Below, in pieces: positions 62,085-64,000 of a DNA stretch of 64,000 nt (positions are counted from its first letter, which is position 1; the number at the start of each line of letters is the position of its first letter). The notes under the pieces are model-generated. The model saw nothing but the letters and a program-made list of their open reading frames with translations, searched no databases and was not told where the DNA came from. The position numbers and the translations under genes were made by a program. Source of the stretch: an uncultured Bacteroidales bacterium (lineage in GTDB: Bacteria > Bacteroidota > Bacteroidia > Bacteroidales > FEN-979); assembly GCA_903915465.1 (NCBI GenBank), contig CAIWTA010000046.1, forward strand, positions 1,364 to 65,363, given 5' to 3'.

Positions 62085-62246
62085 TGCGCTCAGGCCGCGC
62101 GGGCCTCGTCACCCCAACGCAGCTGCGCCCAGTGCTATCTCACTTCGTTCGATTCACGCCTTCGGCGTGACCGCACTGGTCAAGGCTGCTTATGTGGTGA
62201 CTGGTATTTTCTTTCGTTCTTTCTTTTGGTGGAAGCAAAAGAAAGT
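62085..62246. repeat. Structured dispersed repeat, copy B (62085-62203) plus terminal hairpin CTTTCTTTTG/CAAAAGAAAG
   Basis: Homologous to 45193-45310 with covarying stems. Confidence 0.88.
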
Positions 62247-62389
62247 ACAATTGACCAAAAAGTTATTATTCTTGATGTTCCTCTATTTTTCTATAGGTGG
62301 GCCACTCTGGGAGAAACTAAATACCGATTATATACCAACAATCTAGCATCAGGAAGAAAGTCAATAATTGTAACTAAACAGAGGATCTT

Positions 62390-64000
62390 ATGAAAACGAA
62401 AATCATTTTTGCCACGATCATAGCTTTGGGAATTGGATCAGCTTTCGGGCAAACCAGAACTCTCGGCCTGTTCATTAACGATACTGTGAATGCTTTCAAA
62501 GGCTATACCTTATTCGCACCCAAACATAATACAATGACTTACCTTATCGACAACGAAGGACGGAAATGTCACGAGTGGTCTGCAAGCACTTATAATCCCG
62601 GGCAATCTGTTTACCTCCTTGAAAACGGCGACCTTCTGAGAACCTGTCAGGTTATGGGGTCGCTTGGTTCTGGCGGAGGTGAGGGCGGAAGAATCGAAGA
62701 ATATGACTGGGAGGATAACCTGGTCTGGCAATTTGATTTTTCAACTGACAACTATACCCAACACCATGATGTAAAAAAGCTGCCGAACGGCAATATTATC
62801 ATGCTGGTGGTGGAGAAGAAACTTTATGCAGATGTTATTGCAGCAGGGTTCAATCCCAACAATTTCCAGCCTGAGATTCAGCAAAAAGGATATATGCTTC
62901 CCGATTATGTGGTGGAAATACATCCGACACCACCTGTTGGCGGGACTATTGTGTGGGAATGGCACGTATGGGATCATCTGATTCAGGATTATGATGCCAC
63001 CAAATCAAATTATGGCGTTGTAACTTCTCATCCAGAATTAATTGATTGTGACGGCGATCACCGGAACCTGCCACTTTTCTGGAATCATATGAACTGTATT
63101 GATTACAATCCGGCTTTTGATCAGATCGCATTAAGCGTAAGAGGAAACAGCGAAGTATGGATCATTGATCACAACACAACAACAGCACAAGCAGCCGGTC
63201 ATACCGGAGGCGCGCATGGAAAAGGTGGTGATCTTCTTTACCGTTGGGGAAATCCGTTGACCTATGGCGCAGGGAACATCAATGATCAGAAATATGATGA
63301 ACAGCATGATGCAGAGTGGGTGAAACCTGATTGCCCGGGAGCAGGAAATATTACCTGTTTTAATAATGGTGTGAACAGGAACTATTCTTCAATTGATGAG
63401 ATAACACCTCCGGTTGACCTGAGCGGCAACTATACTTATGTTTCCGGATCAGCATTTGGCCCGGCAAACCTTACATGGACATACGTTGCAACTCCTCCGG
63501 AATCACTATTTGCCCATGACATCTCAGGTGCCCAGCGTCAGCAGAATGGGAATACGCTGATCTGCAACGGCCCTCTCGGTACTTTTACGGAAGTCACAAC
63601 AACCGGAGATATCGTATGGAAATATGTCAACCCCGTTGACAATACCGGTCCGTTATATCAGGGTGATACAGTTCCACATGATCCAACACATCCCGAAGAG
63701 ACACTGAATTCAGTATTCAGGGTATACAGGTATCCTCCGGATTATGCAGGGCTCCTTGGTAGAGATTTGACTCCGGGAGATTATATCGAATTGTATCATG
63801 TAGGGATTGGGGATGCCATCAATAATAATTCAGGGTTCAGGCTGGATCAGAACTTCCCGAATCCTGTTTCTTCCTCAACCTTCATCACGTTTCATCTTGG
63901 AGAAAAAAGCCATATCTGTCTGGCATTAAAGAATGTCTTTGGACAGGAATTGGCTGTTTTTGTTAATGGTACAATGAATGCCGGGGATCACAAAATCAAA
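62390..64000 (+). CDS. ASST-like secreted protein with T9SS type A CTD (3'-truncated by window edge; absent from ORF track)
   Basis: Manual translation MKTKIIFATIIALGIGSAFGQ..., GYTLFAPKH, QHHDV, FWNHMNCID, EQHD, ending ...LDQNFPNPV...; close paralog of the ASST domain of 54890-57976. Confidence 0.88.
   Translation, partial: MKTKIIFATIIALGIGSAFGQTRTLGLFINDTVNAFKGYTLFAPKHNTMTYLIDNEGRKCHEWSASTYNPGQSVYLLENGDLLRTCQVMGSLGSGGGEGGRIEEYDWEDNLVWQFDFSTDNYTQHHDVKKLPNGNIIMLVVEKKLYADVIAAGFNPNNFQPEIQQKGYMLPDYVVEIHPTPPVGGTIVWEWHVWDHLIQDYDATKSNYGVVTSHPELIDCDGDHRNLPLFWNHMNCIDYNPAFDQIALSVRGNSEVWIIDHNTTTAQAAGHTGGAHGKGGDLLYRWGNPLTYGAGNINDQKYDEQHDAEWVKPDCPGAGNITCFNNGVNRNYSSIDEITPPVDLSGNYTYVSGSAFGPANLTWTYVATPPESLFAHDISGAQRQQNGNTLICNGPLGTFTEVTTTGDIVWKYVNPVDNTGPLYQGDTVPHDPTHPEETLNSVFRVYRYPPDYAGLLGRDLTPGDYIELYHVGIGDAINNNSGFRLDQNFPNPVSSSTFITFHLGEKSHICLALKNVFGQELAVFVNGTMNAGDHKIK

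Noticed and set aside
62038-62346. 102-aa ORF from the track
   Set aside because: Runs through the structured repeat; no recognisable motif; likely spurious.

Overview
Bacteroidota (Bacteroidales-like) chromosomal segment, judged from TAnnTTTG sigma-70 promoters, T9SS cargo proteins and porT. Bases 1-48 kb are mostly housekeeping: POT transporter, yhcC-type radical SAM, pstSCAB, MoxR, three PPIase/SurA-type genes, guaB, a multiheme NapC/NirT cytochrome, nhaA, glyA, sixA-ppk1, priA, pfkA, cutC, GH20, frr-pyrH, secA, coaD, porT, menG, tsf-rpsB-rpsI-rplM. Bases 48-64 kb are an accessory region: a degenerate AAA/DUF4143 gene, an ECF sigma / anti-sigma-like / Spy-CpxP-like triad, and six secreted modular proteins built from metallophosphoesterase, arylsulfotransferase-like, FGE-like and DUF1566 domains. 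I saw no rRNA, tRNA, CRISPR array, transposase or reverse transcriptase. Three signals stand out. (1) A four-helix-bundle (TIGR02436, Avd-like) gene is bracketed by inverted TCYGAGA heptamer arrays, with a gene-less copy of the same arrangement at 1.8 kb. (2) A ~118-bp dispersed element occurs twice with 7 compensatory base-pair changes and GAA-triloop hairpins, suggesting a structured ssDNA/RNA. (3) The secreted enzyme cluster is linked to an ECF sigma factor. All family assignments come from motif recognition by eye, not database searches.
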